A DNA stretch of 64,000 nt from an uncultured Candidatus Saccharibacteria bacterium (GTDB lineage Bacteria; Patescibacteriota; Minisyncoccia; Phycocordibacterales; PALSA-1337), in the NCBI GenBank assembly GCA_964596595.1, contig CAZQUI010000003.1, forward strand, positions 979 to 64,978, read 5' to 3'. Below, one piece after another: positions 18,403-28,884 of this stretch. The notes beneath the pieces are model-generated. The model ran no database searches. It had not been told where the DNA came from and saw only the letters and a program-made list of their open reading frames with translations. Numbering within the stretch: the stretch's first letter is position 1; each line of letters starts with the position of its first letter. Both the position numbers and the translations under genes were made by a program.

Positions 18403-18711
18403 TCACCTGTACAAGGAGTGAGCAAATATTTGAGGTCTTCTTTTCTCCTGAATTTTCTTTTTGAGTAAGTGAGGATGATTCAGATAGAATTGCCGATTAT
18501 GATTTTTTCGCTGCTGGATTTGTCTAATATAACTTTCCGCAGGAAGCCATAAACCCTCTCCTTCTACTTGAGGACAAAAATAAATCATAGCTTCACGACT
18601 ACTTGATTCTGTTTCTTTCCAGCCAGTTGCACCATGTTTGTGGGCAGCCAGAGTTTGACCTTCTTTTGAAGAATAAATTCCTTCAGTAGTTTGCAGGCGC
18701 ATAGCACTCAT
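18403..18711 (-). CDS. hypothetical protein (102 aa) with atypical composition
   Basis: ORF only. It is Q/H/E-rich and the local GC looks higher than in neighbouring genes; it may not be coding. Confidence 0.3.
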   Translation of the reverse strand: MSAMRLQTTEGIYSSKEGQTLAAHKHGATGWKETESSSREAMIYFCPQVEGEGLWLPAESYIRQIQQRKNHNRQFYLNHPHLLKKKIQEKRRPQIFAHSLYR

Positions 18712-18762
18712 GTTTGATATATTGGTTTTTCAATGAACTAACTTTGTTTTGACCACTCAGTC

Positions 18763-18800
18763 AAAACAAAAGCGAGCCTCTTTTCTTCGAGGCTCGCTTT
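18763..18800 (-). terminator. rho-independent terminator downstream of zwf
   Basis: Perfect 12-bp stem aaagcgagcctc / gaggctcgcttt with an 8-nt loop; a T-rich run follows on the minus strand. Confidence 0.6.
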
Positions 18801-18970
18801 TGAAATCTTCTTTTCCTGATTTAGGATTTTTGAATATTACAAAAGCCAACCTCGGAGAAATTACTCCAGGCACAGAGATGAGTGACCTTAATAAAATATA
18901 AAATTCCATTCATGTAAATAAGATTAACATACTTAAACAAAACTATGCAACCTACAAAATTTTATAACTT

Positions 18971-20386
18971 TTACTCTACTTCCTTAGAACCCCTTTCGTA
19001 TTTTTTGAGGGGGAGATTTTCTAAATTTTCTTGAATGGGAGTAATAAATTTCCAAGAAGACATTATCTCTTGAGTAGAAGCAAACAAAGTTTGATCACCA
19101 TGAAAGACGTCATGAATGAGGCGTTCATAGTCGGTTATTGAACCTAAAGCAGGCATAGATTCACTATAAGAAAAGCGCAAGGTCTTTGCTTCAGTTTCAA
19201 AGCCATATCCAGGAGTTTTAACAAAAAATCTTATTTTTATACCCTCATCTGGCTGAATACGAAAAGTTAAAATATTTTGTTTATCTTCATCTTTACTTGT
19301 ATTTTTAAAGTAAATATCAATAGCAGTTTTTGATTCTGACATAGCTTTTCCACTCTCAAGATAAATGGGAACCCCTTTCCAACGAGGATTATTTATAAAA
19401 GCTTTGATACGAAAATAAGTCTCTGTTTGAGAATCTCTACCCACACCTTGTTCTACGTTATACCCTTCGTATTGTCCACGAACAACATATTTATCCATAT
19501 TACGAGGTTGAACTTTAATTAACTTTGAAAGAACTTTTGCTCTTTCCAAACGAATCGCATCTGCTTTAAAAGATTTTGGCTTATCCATACTAATAAGGGC
19601 CAACATCATTAACATATGATTTTGACCAACGTCTCGTAAGGCTCCAACTGGATCGTAAAATGCTCCTCGGCCTTCCATAGCCGCTTTTTCAAAAAGACGA
19701 ATATGAATTTTTTCAATGCATTTATTGTTCCATAAAGGTTCGAACATGCTATTGGAAAAACGAAAAGCCAAAATATTTTGTAAACTTTCTTTTGCCAAAT
19801 AATGATCGATACGGAAAATTTGTTCTTCTTTAAACTTTTTACCTAAAATAGCATCAAGATTTTGGGCAGTTTCAGTATTATTTCCAAAAGGTTTCTCTAT
19901 AAGTATCCTTGTCCAACCTGTATCGTCAGCACAAGGAATAGTTAAGCCAGATTGAGCTAAACGTTCCAAGATGCCTTCATATAAAACTGGTGGAACTGAA
20001 AGATGAAATAATTTATTTGAACACTGGCCCCATCTAGCATCTATTTCATTTAATCTATTTGCTAATCGGGAATAAGCTCGAGGATCATCAAATAATCCTT
20101 GTTCATATGTCATATGATCAAAAAAATGCTTTATATCTTCTTCTCGGTATTGACCAGGTTTAACTTTTAATCTCTCGCGAATATACTCACGAAATTCTTC
20201 ACGTAGCATTGGTCGACGAGAAAACCCAATGATGGTAAACCTCTGAGGTAAAAGTTTTTTTGTATATAAATTAAGTAATGCTGGTATAAGTTTACGCGCG
20301 GCCAAATCACCCGTAATACCGAATATTACAAAGATTGTTGGTATTAGTGCATTATCACTTTTCAGAGAGAGATCAGCAGTATTCAT
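18971..20386 (-). CDS. zwf: glucose-6-phosphate 1-dehydrogenase
   Basis: NADP-binding N-terminus IFGITGDLAARKLIPAL; RIDHYLAKE active-site motif. Confidence 0.9.
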   Translation of the reverse strand: MNTADLSLKSDNALIPTIFVIFGITGDLAARKLIPALLNLYTKKLLPQRFTIIGFSRRPMLREEFREYIRERLKVKPGQYREEDIKHFFDHMTYEQGLFDDPRAYSRLANRLNEIDARWGQCSNKLFHLSVPPVLYEGILERLAQSGLTIPCADDTGWTRILIEKPFGNNTETAQNLDAILGKKFKEEQIFRIDHYLAKESLQNILAFRFSNSMFEPLWNNKCIEKIHIRLFEKAAMEGRGAFYDPVGALRDVGQNHMLMMLALISMDKPKSFKADAIRLERAKVLSKLIKVQPRNMDKYVVRGQYEGYNVEQGVGRDSQTETYFRIKAFINNPRWKGVPIYLESGKAMSESKTAIDIYFKNTSKDEDKQNILTFRIQPDEGIKIRFFVKTPGYGFETEAKTLRFSYSESMPALGSITDYERLIHDVFHGDQTLFASTQEIMSSWKFITPIQENLENLPLKKYERGSKEVE

Positions 20387-20418
20387 TGGACTTAAAGTTT
20401 ATAAAATAAAAAATAGAA

Positions 20419-20547
20419 ATTAAAATCCTTCTCCCCATTCTGTCCACCAAGGATAAAGATGATTCGCAACAAAAACACAAGGAATGATGATTATAGCCGT
20501 CAAAACCCACATCGTAAATGAGAATATTTTACTTATTGTTTCCATGA
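20419..20547 (-). CDS. possible small membrane peptide (42 aa)
   Basis: My own translation: METISKIFSFTMWVLTAIIIIPCVFVANHLYPWWTEWGEGF. The SD is weak. Confidence 0.2.
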
Positions 20548-20605
20548 CTTTTAGACTAACTCATTAACAATCAACATTCAAGGATAATTGATTTAACTTA
20601 AAATT

Positions 20606-21760
20606 CTAGATTTGCTTTGGGTCTATTTTAATTATCTTATCATCATCAGTCACAGGAGAGCCTCGACCATCACGATTACTTGTCGTGATATATATAAATC
20701 CATCAGGACCAATCTTAACTGTACGAATTCTGCCAAATTCTTTAAAAAAGTGTGATTTTAAATCTATAACGTTATCACCAGATAACACTGCTTCATATAA
20801 AGTCTTGCCTGCTAAACCGCCATACAACAAATTATTGTTAAAATAAACCGCACTCGCTGGCGCCCATGTTGTTTTGGCACCAGAGTGTCTAATAGGAGCA
20901 ATGGTATTTGGTTTGACTGTATCTCCTTCACTATCTGGCCAGCCATAGTTACCACCCTTCACAATCAAATTAATTTCATCTAGCCCCGAAGAAACTCCCG
21001 ATCTTCCGTGTTCAGTACTCCACAATCTTCCCTCCTTATCCCAAGCTAAACCTTGAGGATTACGATGGCCATAAGAATAAACCTCTGTTCCAAATGGATT
21101 ATCATTTGGTATTGTCCCGTCATCATTCAGACGCAATATTTTTCCACCCAAGGATTTTAGATCCTGAGCAATTTTTGGAGTAGTTGCATCACCAGTTGTT
21201 ATATATAGATAACCATCTGGACCAAAAGCCATTCGTCCACCGTCGTGATATATTGCTCCCGGAATACCTTTTATAATAACTTTTTTATCAAAAAGCTGAT
21301 CATTTTCAAATCTATATCTCTCGATTCGATTCTCAGTATTACCATTGAGACCAGGTGCTGACATATATAAGTACACAAATTGATTGTTACTGAACTGGGG
21401 ATGCAGAACTACACCCAATAATCCCGCTTCACCTTTATGTATTCCAGTTTCCTCTTTTATAACTTTTTTGTTTCCTTCTTTATCGATTATCAATAAATTT
21501 CCTACGCGTTCAGTGACCAACATTCGACCGTCTGGTAAAAATTCTAAATCCCAAGGAATATTTAAATTTTTAGCTATAACCGTAATAGCTTGAATACTAT
21601 CTTTGATTGATGATGTTGAAGTGGCGACTGATTGAGGAATTTGCTGTACTGGAATATTGGTATTTTGAATTTCAGCAACTGGTTTATTTTTTATTTTAAA
21701 AATAAAAAAACCTGCCAATATTATTAGGACAACCACCAGCAAAAAGATTATTCTTTTCAT
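20606..21760 (-). CDS. PQQ-dependent soluble sugar (glucose/sorbosone) dehydrogenase family beta-propeller protein, membrane-anchored or secreted
   Basis: N-terminal TM/signal. NPWDLEFLPDGRMLVTER and GLLGVVLHPQFSNNQFVYLYMS are typical of the YliI/GSDH family. Confidence 0.75.
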   Translation of the reverse strand: MKRIIFLLVVVLIILAGFFIFKIKNKPVAEIQNTNIPVQQIPQSVATSTSSIKDSIQAITVIAKNLNIPWDLEFLPDGRMLVTERVGNLLIIDKEGNKKVIKEETGIHKGEAGLLGVVLHPQFSNNQFVYLYMSAPGLNGNTENRIERYRFENDQLFDKKVIIKGIPGAIYHDGGRMAFGPDGYLYITTGDATTPKIAQDLKSLGGKILRLNDDGTIPNDNPFGTEVYSYGHRNPQGLAWDKEGRLWSTEHGRSGVSSGLDEINLIVKGGNYGWPDSEGDTVKPNTIAPIRHSGAKTTWAPASAVYFNNNLLYGGLAGKTLYEAVLSGDNVIDLKSHFFKEFGRIRTVKIGPDGFIYITTSNRDGRGSPVTDDDKIIKIDPKQI

Positions 21761-21817
21761 AAATTAATATTAAGTATTATAAAACACACAAAAATTTACA
21801 TTCATAGTTTATCAGGT

Positions 21818-21838
21818 AAAAAAAGCTTTCGCGAGCTT
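21818..21838 (-). terminator. short hairpin plus T-run on the minus strand
   Basis: aagct-ttcgcg-agctt, with A7 on the plus strand (T7 on the minus strand) adjacent. Confidence 0.35.
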
Positions 21839-21867
21839 AACTGCTATGCTATATTCATCAATGAATT

Positions 21868-21940
21868 GGGCCATTAGCTCATCTGGTAGAGCGCACCCAT
21901 GGCATGGGTGAGGTGAGCGGTTCGAGTCCGCTATGGTCCA
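21868..21940 (+). tRNA. tRNA-Ala (anticodon GGC)
   Basis: Hand-folded cloverleaf: acceptor GGGCCAT/ATGGTCC with G3:U70; anticodon loop AT-GGC-AT; T-loop TTCGAGT; 73 nt; no encoded CCA. Confidence 0.9.
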
Positions 21941-22013
21941 CTTGTGCATAACTCATATCAGTAATTTGTTATACTAGTATCAGGGTAACGTTTTATTAAT
22001 TAAGTCAAAAAAT

Positions 22014-22232
22014 ATGAAAGCTATACATTCAATCGCATTTATCCTTCTTGTCGTTGGTGGTCTTAACTGGCTACTAATCGGTCTATTCAATTGGGGTGTT
22101 GCTGATTTAGTTGGCATGACACTTGCCAAAATTATTTATATTGTTGTTGGTCTCTCTGCAATCTATCTTATCTTCTCACACAAGAAAGATTGCAAGATGT
22201 GTGAAAAGTCTTCCTCTTCTGCATCAATGTAA
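22014..22232 (+). CDS. DUF378-family small membrane protein
   Basis: GGLNWLLIGLFNWGV motif and two TM helices. Confidence 0.7.
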   Translation: MKAIHSIAFILLVVGGLNWLLIGLFNWGVADLVGMTLAKIIYIVVGLSAIYLIFSHKKDCKMCEKSSSSASM

Positions 22233-22246
22233 ATTTGATTCACATA

Positions 22247-22280
22247 AAAAACATCCCGACTTTTATCGGGATGTTTTTTA
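22247..22280 (+). terminator. rho-independent terminator
   Basis: aacatcccga ... tcgggatgtt stem followed by T6. Confidence 0.75.
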
Positions 22281-22912
22281 TGTATGGTGATAAATTATTA
22301 CTGTTGTTTGGACGTACATCCACAACTACATGTTTTATCGGCATTGGTATGTGTATGTCCACAATCTACGCATGTATCTTCTTCTGGCATAGGAATTATA
22401 AATTTGTACCATTAAAAGCCGACCTTTCAATGTACAATTATAGCAAATATAAAAAATGGTCCATACCCCTGTATAGACCAATAAACAAACAATATAGGGA
22501 AAAGACTTTCACTTCTCCTCATTACCTCATGAGAGATAACCCTAGCCAAAGGTACCAATACCTTCTCGCAGCTGTTAGCTGAATAAATACGCAAAAGTGA
22601 TCCAGCAACGTATTGCCCCGCACACTCAAGCATATTTACCTACCATTGTCGCTGTCATAATAAAACAATGAAGCGAAGAACCCGCGGAGACTGAGTCTCG
22701 ATCCAAGGGTAAACGGAACTCCACAAGGACCAGCATGGGACCAGATATCTGATACATTGTTTGTCTATTGTTTATTTTAGCAAAATTACGGATATTTTAC
22801 TTAATTGATTTCTAAATTACAAGACTCTAACTGGAAATTTATCCTGAATTTTAAACTTTAAGTTATGCCTACGTATATTTAAAAAAATATCAACAATTTC
22901 AAACTATTTTTG

Positions 22913-22985
22913 TGGACCTGCGCGGACTCGAACCGCGTGCCTCCGCTTTGCAAAAGCGGCGCTCTACCAGATGAGCTACAGGCCC
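22913..22985 (-). tRNA. tRNA-Ala (anticodon UGC)
   Basis: Minus-strand cloverleaf: acceptor GGGCCTG/CAGGTCC with G3:U70; anticodon loop TT-TGC-AA; T-loop TTCGAGT; 73 nt. Confidence 0.9.
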
Positions 22986-23068
22986 ATTTATTCATGTTTA
23001 TCAATGAGAATTTTCTCATTATAACTCATTTCCCACATCTTTCAATGCGGCTTTTGATATTACACGCT

Positions 23069-24055
23069 CTATATCTTATGAGCAAGTGATAAGATGTGAC
23101 CAACAAACTCATGAATACTACTACCAACAGAACGGAGAGCTTTTGGTAACAATGACTCATTTGTTAAACCAGGTAGAGTATTAGCCTCCAAAACATAAAT
23201 TCCTCGACGAGGATGAATAATAAAATCTGAACGAGAATAATGCTTTAGATCTAGAATTTTGTGAACTGCCAAAGCTAGTTCCTCGAGCTTTTTCTTGGTC
23301 TCATGAGGAAAAGTTGCGGGAACAATTTCTTCAGACTTGCCGTTATATTTTGCTTCGTAATCAAAAAGTTGGTCATTATGTGGACGAATTTCAATAGGAG
23401 GTAAACAATATAATTCTTGACCACGAAAACCTTCTACCACGGCACAGGTAGCTTCCCTTCCTTGGATAAATTCTTCCATTATGATATCTCCGTGGGTAGC
23501 AGCATGTTTGAGGGCTGCAGGTAATTCTGTATATTTACGTACAATACTTACAGCCACCGACGAACCCCCAGAAACTGGTTTTATAATTACCGGTAAATGC
23601 CATGTATGAAATATCTCTCGTACCAAACCATCGAGATCATTTTTTACAATGTCTGCTGGTATTTCTTTCCAACGAGGAGTCAATATATTATGAGTTTTGA
23701 AAATCCTTTTAGCTAAAGATTTATTCATTGCAATAGCAGAAGCCAATGAACCAGAGCCAGTAAAAGTTACACCATAAGATTCCAGTAAGTTTTGAATTTT
23801 TCCATCTTCTCCATATCCACCATGAAGAGCATTAAAAATTACATCGAATTTAGAAATCGCTTGAGCTGGATTTACAGGAATACCATCTATATGCCAAACA
23901 CCTTCACGATCAATAAAGACATCATGTGGATGATAACGATCTACCCAATGATTTCGTAAGGCAGCCAAAACTTCTTTGCCTGTATTAAGTGAGACTTCGT
24001 ATTCACTACTTGGTCCGCCGCGAACGACGCCAACACGAATATGATTAGATAACAT
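23069..24055 (-). CDS. ddl: D-alanine--D-alanine ligase
   Basis: ATP-grasp layout with a Ddl-like N-terminus VGVVRGGPSSEYEVSL. Confidence 0.9.
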   Translation of the reverse strand: MLSNHIRVGVVRGGPSSEYEVSLNTGKEVLAALRNHWVDRYHPHDVFIDREGVWHIDGIPVNPAQAISKFDVIFNALHGGYGEDGKIQNLLESYGVTFTGSGSLASAIAMNKSLAKRIFKTHNILTPRWKEIPADIVKNDLDGLVREIFHTWHLPVIIKPVSGGSSVAVSIVRKYTELPAALKHAATHGDIIMEEFIQGREATCAVVEGFRGQELYCLPPIEIRPHNDQLFDYEAKYNGKSEEIVPATFPHETKKKLEELALAVHKILDLKHYSRSDFIIHPRRGIYVLEANTLPGLTNESLLPKALRSVGSSIHEFVGHILSLAHKI

Positions 24056-24082
24056 GATATAAGTATATCATTCGTAACACTA

Positions 24083-25303
24083 TTAATACCATTTCATACT
24101 TCTTCTCTTTCGATGATAAGCAATTGTATAACGATGAACTTCAGCATTGATTGAAATAATATCTTTTTTGTACTTTGAAATAAGATCTGGATGACCAACA
24201 AAAGAATTTGCCTTATGTTTATCATCTTTAGTAACTCCAATCACAGGAATATTGATTCTTCTCGACTTTAAAACATCTTCTGCTCGATTTACCTGTAGAG
24301 AATTACCGTCAACAACAATAATATCTGGATATGGCCACTCTGAATGATTGAGACGACGAGAAAGTATTTCTTCCAAACCAGCCAAATCATTATTCGTATT
24401 TTTGGAAATTTTAAATTTGCGATATTCATTTGGTTGTAATTGACCATTTTCCAAAACAACCATTCCACCTACAGTTTCCATTCCTCCAAGATGAGCAATG
24501 TCATAAGCTTCAATCCGAAAATTTCTACTGATTTTAGTAACATCCACTTTTATGAGTGCCATGTCATTGATATGATCCAATGCAAATAAAAGATGTTTAA
24601 GTCTTCCAGATTCTTCGAATTCAAGATTCTTAGCACTATCCATCATCTGTTTTTCAATTTCTTTTCTGAGTTGTTTTTTCTTACCACGAAAAAATAAAGT
24701 TAAATATTCGATTGTCGATAGGTAATGTTTGTGAGCATTTTGATCATTTTCTTTAGGTGATCTACCAATTGACTGATAAAAAATTGCATGACGATTATCT
24801 AAAGATTTTTTATCTCGAAACGGAAACATCTTTCGAAGAATTTTTAATGCTTCTTTGATAAGTCCAGTGTGAGGATACGGTCCAAATTTTTCTTTTATTT
24901 TATATGGCAAAATACCATCTTTCAATTGCTGATCAAGGTCTCTTGCGCGGGCAAGAAATACACGTGGCCAAAGCTCATCAGTTATAATGACGTATTGTGC
25001 ACTCTTATCGTCACGTTCATCAACATTATAGTGCGGTTGATAACGTTTGATTAATTCACTCTCAAGTAATATGGCTTCTAAAACCGAATCCGTATCTTGC
25101 CAAGTAACTGTAGCTGCTTTTGTAACCATATCTACGATACGCGGTCCACGAGTAACAATAATATCTGTAGAAAAATAACTTTTTACACGATCAGCTAATG
25201 ACGTTGCACGACCAATATACAAAGGTCTTTTTAATCGATCTCGAAATATATAAACTCCTGGATTATCAGGTAAAGCTAATTTTGATAATTTTTTACTTAT
25301 CAT
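24083..25303 (-). CDS. uvrC: excinuclease ABC subunit C, short form
   Basis: N-terminal GIY-YIG domain (PGVYIFRD...LYIGRATSLADRVKSYF). C-terminal UvrC endonuclease-like block IIVVDGNSLQVNRAEDVL...IPVIGVTKDD. At 406 aa it apparently lacks the C-terminal (HhH)2 domain. Confidence 0.8.
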   Translation of the reverse strand: MISKKLSKLALPDNPGVYIFRDRLKRPLYIGRATSLADRVKSYFSTDIIVTRGPRIVDMVTKAATVTWQDTDSVLEAILLESELIKRYQPHYNVDERDDKSAQYVIITDELWPRVFLARARDLDQQLKDGILPYKIKEKFGPYPHTGLIKEALKILRKMFPFRDKKSLDNRHAIFYQSIGRSPKENDQNAHKHYLSTIEYLTLFFRGKKKQLRKEIEKQMMDSAKNLEFEESGRLKHLLFALDHINDMALIKVDVTKISRNFRIEAYDIAHLGGMETVGGMVVLENGQLQPNEYRKFKISKNTNNDLAGLEEILSRRLNHSEWPYPDIIVVDGNSLQVNRAEDVLKSRRINIPVIGVTKDDKHKANSFVGHPDLISKYKKDIISINAEVHRYTIAYHRKRRSMKWY

Positions 25304-25342
25304 TTAATTAAATATATCTTAACTCAAAAATTTTATAGAAAG

Positions 25343-27964
25343 TTATTTTTTTAAGACCTTCTTTAGATATTTACCCGTATAAGACGCTTCATTTTTTGCT
25401 ACATCTTCAGGAGTCCCTTTGGCTACAATTGTACCACCTCGTTCTCCACCTTCTGGACCAATATCAATTATATAATCTGCCGATTTGATGAGGTCTAAAT
25501 TGTGTTCAATTACGACAACCGTATTACCTTTATCAACTAATTTTTGTAAAATATCTATCAATTTTTTAACATCTTCATAGTGCAGACCCACTGTTGGTTC
25601 ATCCAAAAGATAAATAGTTTTTTGAACATGCGCTCTGTATAATTCTGAAGAAATTTTTACACGTTGAGCTTCACCTCCAGAAAGCGTCGTAGCCGATTGA
25701 CCCAATTTAATATAACCCAAACCTACTTCGGAAAGAGTTTTTAGTCTATCTGAAACTGCAGGAATTTCTTCAAAAAATTCCATCGCCTCTTCGATAGTCA
25801 TTTGCAAAATATCGTGAATATTTTTTTTACGATAGGTAATTTCAAGGGTCTCTTTCATAAACCTTTTTCCTCCACAAATATCACAAACAACATAAACTGT
25901 TGGCAAAAAATGCATTTCAACAGCAATTTCTCCATTTCCTTCACAAGCTTCACAACGTCCCCCGGGACGATTAAATGAAAATCTTCCTGGACCCCACCCG
26001 CGAGCACGCGCTTCTGGTTCAGCGGCAAAGAGATCTCTAACATGAGTCCATGCACCTGTGTAAGTCATAGGGTTTGAACGAGGAGTACGACCAATTGGTG
26101 ACTGATCTATAAGAACAACTCGACCAGCATATTCTGTACCTTCAATTGATTTACAATTAAATACCTCGGTAGTACGAATACGTGATTCAAAACGAGCCTG
26201 TAAATTACGATGAAGAATTTCGTACATAAAAGATGATTTTCCAGAACCCGATACACCCGTAATAACATTCATTACTCCCAACGGTAAATCTACATTCATG
26301 TTTTTTATATTAAAAACATTACCTCCACGAATCATGATTTTACCTTTCGGTTCACGACGATAACCTGGGACTTCAACTTTCTTTTCTCCGCGAAGATAGG
26401 CCAAAGTTAAAGAATTAGAAGTATTCTTTTTTGCAGTTAAAAGTTCATCTAAATAACCAGAGACAACAACTTTACCACCATGCACACCCGCACCTGGTCC
26501 AATATCAACAATATAATCCGAAGCAAACATGGTATCCTCATCGTGTTCCACAACTAAAATAGTATTTCCCAAATCTCGCAAATTTAAAAGAGTTTTAATT
26601 AAGCGATCGTTATCTCTTTGATGCAAACCAATAGTTGGTTCATCGAGTACATATAACGCTCCAACCAAACCAGATCCTAATTGTGAAGCTAAACGTATAC
26701 GCTGAGCTTCTCCACCAGAAAGAGTATTAGCTCTACGATCGAGTGTAATGTATTCAATGCCTACATTTAACATGAAAACTAATCTTGATTCTATTTCTTT
26801 GAGAACAACTTTAGCAATCTCTTTTTCTACATCACTTAACTTTATACTTTTAAAATATTCCAAGGCTTTCTCAATTGAAAAATTAGTTATTTGAACAATA
26901 TTTTTATCTGCAATAAAAACATGCAAAGCTTCTTCCCGAAGACGGGCACCTTTACACAAAGGACATGGCTTATCACTAAATATACTCTCTGTTCCTAAAC
27001 CATTACAGGTTGCACATGCACCATAAGGTGAATTAAAAGAAAACAAACGTGGTTCAATTTCAGGATAAGAAAATCCATCATATGGACACATGAATTTTAC
27101 AGACATTAACTGCTCATTGCTTTTGTTTTCTTCAGCTCCAGGATAATTAATCTTTATCAAACCATCAGCTTCTTGAATTGCCCTCTCTAAAGCTTCAGAT
27201 AAACGTTCTCGAGCATTTTCGATTTTTGTCTTATCCTTAAATTCACTAACATAAATCTCATCAATTAATAAATCGATATCGTGTTTTTTGTTTTTTTCTA
27301 AAATTATTTGATCTCGCAAACGGTGTGGAACTCCCCCAATAAGCACTTTTTCATATCCTTTACCTAAAAAATCATAGAGCATTTGATAGTATTCACCTTT
27401 TCGGCCAACCACGACTGGAGCATAAATAGAAACTTTTGCATTTGTTATATCAACTCCAAAAACTTTTCGAGCTTTTTCCGAACGAGATTCTATAGATTTT
27501 AAAACATTATCTAAGATCTCTTCTTTGGAAACACGATGTATTGGACGATTACAAACTAAACAATGAGGTTTGCCGACACGAGCAAATAATATACGCAAAT
27601 AATCATAAATTTCTGTAATTGTTGCAACCGTTGAACGTGGATTATTTGAGCGAGATTTTTGATCAATAGCAATCGCCGGAGAAAGACCACTAATCTCATC
27701 TACGTCTGGCTTTTGCATTTTATGCAAAAATTGACGCGCATAAGCTGATAAAGATTCAACATATCTTCTTTGTCCTTCGGCAAAAATTGTATCAAAAGCC
27801 AACGAAGACTTACCTGAACCAGAAAGCCCAGTAACAGCAATCATTGTGTTGCGAGGCATTTCAACGGTAATATTTTTCAAATTATGCGTACGTGCACCTT
27901 TTACAACAATAGTATCTTCACCTACAACACCTCCTCTTGAATTGGTTTTTCGTGAAGCCTTCAT
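25343..27964 (-). CDS. uvrA: excinuclease ABC subunit A
   Basis: [13 protein letters not shown]...[35 protein letters not shown]; two ABC ATPase modules; zinc-finger cysteines. The start is placed at MKASRK, whereas the track ORF begins 21 nt upstream. Confidence 0.9.
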   Translation of the reverse strand: MKASRKTNSRGGVVGEDTIVVKGARTHNLKNITVEMPRNTMIAVTGLSGSGKSSLAFDTIFAEGQRRYVESLSAYARQFLHKMQKPDVDEISGLSPAIAIDQKSRSNNPRSTVATITEIYDYLRILFARVGKPHCLVCNRPIHRVSKEEILDNVLKSIESRSEKARKVFGVDITNAKVSIYAPVVVGRKGEYYQMLYDFLGKGYEKVLIGGVPHRLRDQIILEKNKKHDIDLLIDEIYVSEFKDKTKIENARERLSEALERAIQEADGLIKINYPGAEENKSNEQLMSVKFMCPYDGFSYPEIEPRLFSFNSPYGACATCNGLGTESIFSDKPCPLCKGARLREEALHVFIADKNIVQITNFSIEKALEYFKSIKLSDVEKEIAKVVLKEIESRLVFMLNVGIEYITLDRRANTLSGGEAQRIRLASQLGSGLVGALYVLDEPTIGLHQRDNDRLIKTLLNLRDLGNTILVVEHDEDTMFASDYIVDIGPGAGVHGGKVVVSGYLDELLTAKKNTSNSLTLAYLRGEKKVEVPGYRREPKGKIMIRGGNVFNIKNMNVDLPLGVMNVITGVSGSGKSSFMYEILHRNLQARFESRIRTTEVFNCKSIEGTEYAGRVVLIDQSPIGRTPRSNPMTYTGAWTHVRDLFAAEPEARARGWGPGRFSFNRPGGRCEACEGNGEIAVEMHFLPTVYVVCDICGGKRFMKETLEITYRKKNIHDILQMTIEEAMEFFEEIPAVSDRLKTLSEVGLGYIKLGQSATTLSGGEAQRVKISSELYRAHVQKTIYLLDEPTVGLHYEDVKKLIDILQKLVDKGNTVVVIEHNLDLIKSADYIIDIGPEGGERGGTIVAKGTPEDVAKNEASYTGKYLKKVLKK

Positions 27965-28024
27965 GGTGCGCGGATAATAGCACATTTTTTACACAACAGC
28001 AAATAAGATACACCAAAAACTATA

Positions 28025-28813
28025 TTACTTTTTGGCTCCTTTTATCTCCGAAACAATTTGATCAAGAGAAGTTGCGGCTTTGACTAAAAACTTTTGAGCC
28101 CCAAGCATTTTTGCTTTATCTATATCACTAGGTTTACTAAGGTTAGAAAGTATAATAACTGGGACATTTTTTAATTTTTCATCCATCCGAATTTGTTGAA
28201 GAATATCAAAACCACTCATACCTGGAAGTAACAAGTCTAAAACGACAACATCTGGTATTTTTTGTTTTAGAGAAGACAATGCTTCTTCACCATTTTTAGC
28301 ATGAGATAAATCAAAACCTGATGCAATTAATTTTTTTGCAAGAATTGTTCCAATGAGCTTGTCATCTTCAACCCAAAGCAGCTTCTTTTTTGCTTCATTT
28401 TTTGCATCTAATTCTTTTATATCCATAACATCATTACCAAAATGTTTGTCTACTTTTTCTACAATATCAGAAGGATTCGAATGTAGAGCCATTAAAAACT
28501 CCACGACACTACCCGGTGGTACACGTTGCATATTTATTGGCACTCCTTGTGAAGACATAAGAAAAACTGGAATCTTTGCAAGTAGTGGTTCAGCTTGTTT
28601 TTTCTCTAGCACTTCATATCCATCCATCCCTTCGAGACTAACATCAACCAAAACAAGATGTGGCATAGTGTCCATGAGACTCCTAAGTCCTTCTGCTCCG
28701 TTTTTTACCAAAGAAACAGGATATCCGTCATTTTTTAACGCTTCAACAACTTGTTCACCAAATTTGGTATCGCTTTCAATAATCAAGATTTTTTCTTTTT
28801 TGGTTTGGTTCAT
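28025..28813 (-). CDS. tandem-receiver (REC-REC) response regulator with no output domain
   Basis: Two CheY-like receiver domains: ILIIESD...LVLVDVSLEGMDG...K and LLWVEDD...VVVLDLLLPGMSG...ILSN...K. It lies between uvrB and uvrA. Confidence 0.75.
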   Translation of the reverse strand: MNQTKKEKILIIESDTKFGEQVVEALKNDGYPVSLVKNGAEGLRSLMDTMPHLVLVDVSLEGMDGYEVLEKKQAEPLLAKIPVFLMSSQGVPINMQRVPPGSVVEFLMALHSNPSDIVEKVDKHFGNDVMDIKELDAKNEAKKKLLWVEDDKLIGTILAKKLIASGFDLSHAKNGEEALSSLKQKIPDVVVLDLLLPGMSGFDILQQIRMDEKLKNVPVIILSNLSKPSDIDKAKMLGAQKFLVKAATSLDQIVSEIKGAKK

Positions 28814-28884
28814 ACGATACATTATAGCAATAATAAGAAAAACTAGTCTAGGATCGATATTCACAATAAATATTGAGTAAATTA

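Noticed and set aside
22235-22582. 115-aa plus-strand ORF after the DUF378 gene
   Set aside because: It starts inside the DUF378 terminator hairpin. Its composition is atypical and it has no SD. It is most likely a chance ORF in a non-coding region.
28353-28880. 175-aa plus-strand ORF
   Set aside because: It is entirely antisense to the well-supported REC-REC response regulator gene and has a Ser/Phe-rich low-complexity translation. It is a shadow ORF.
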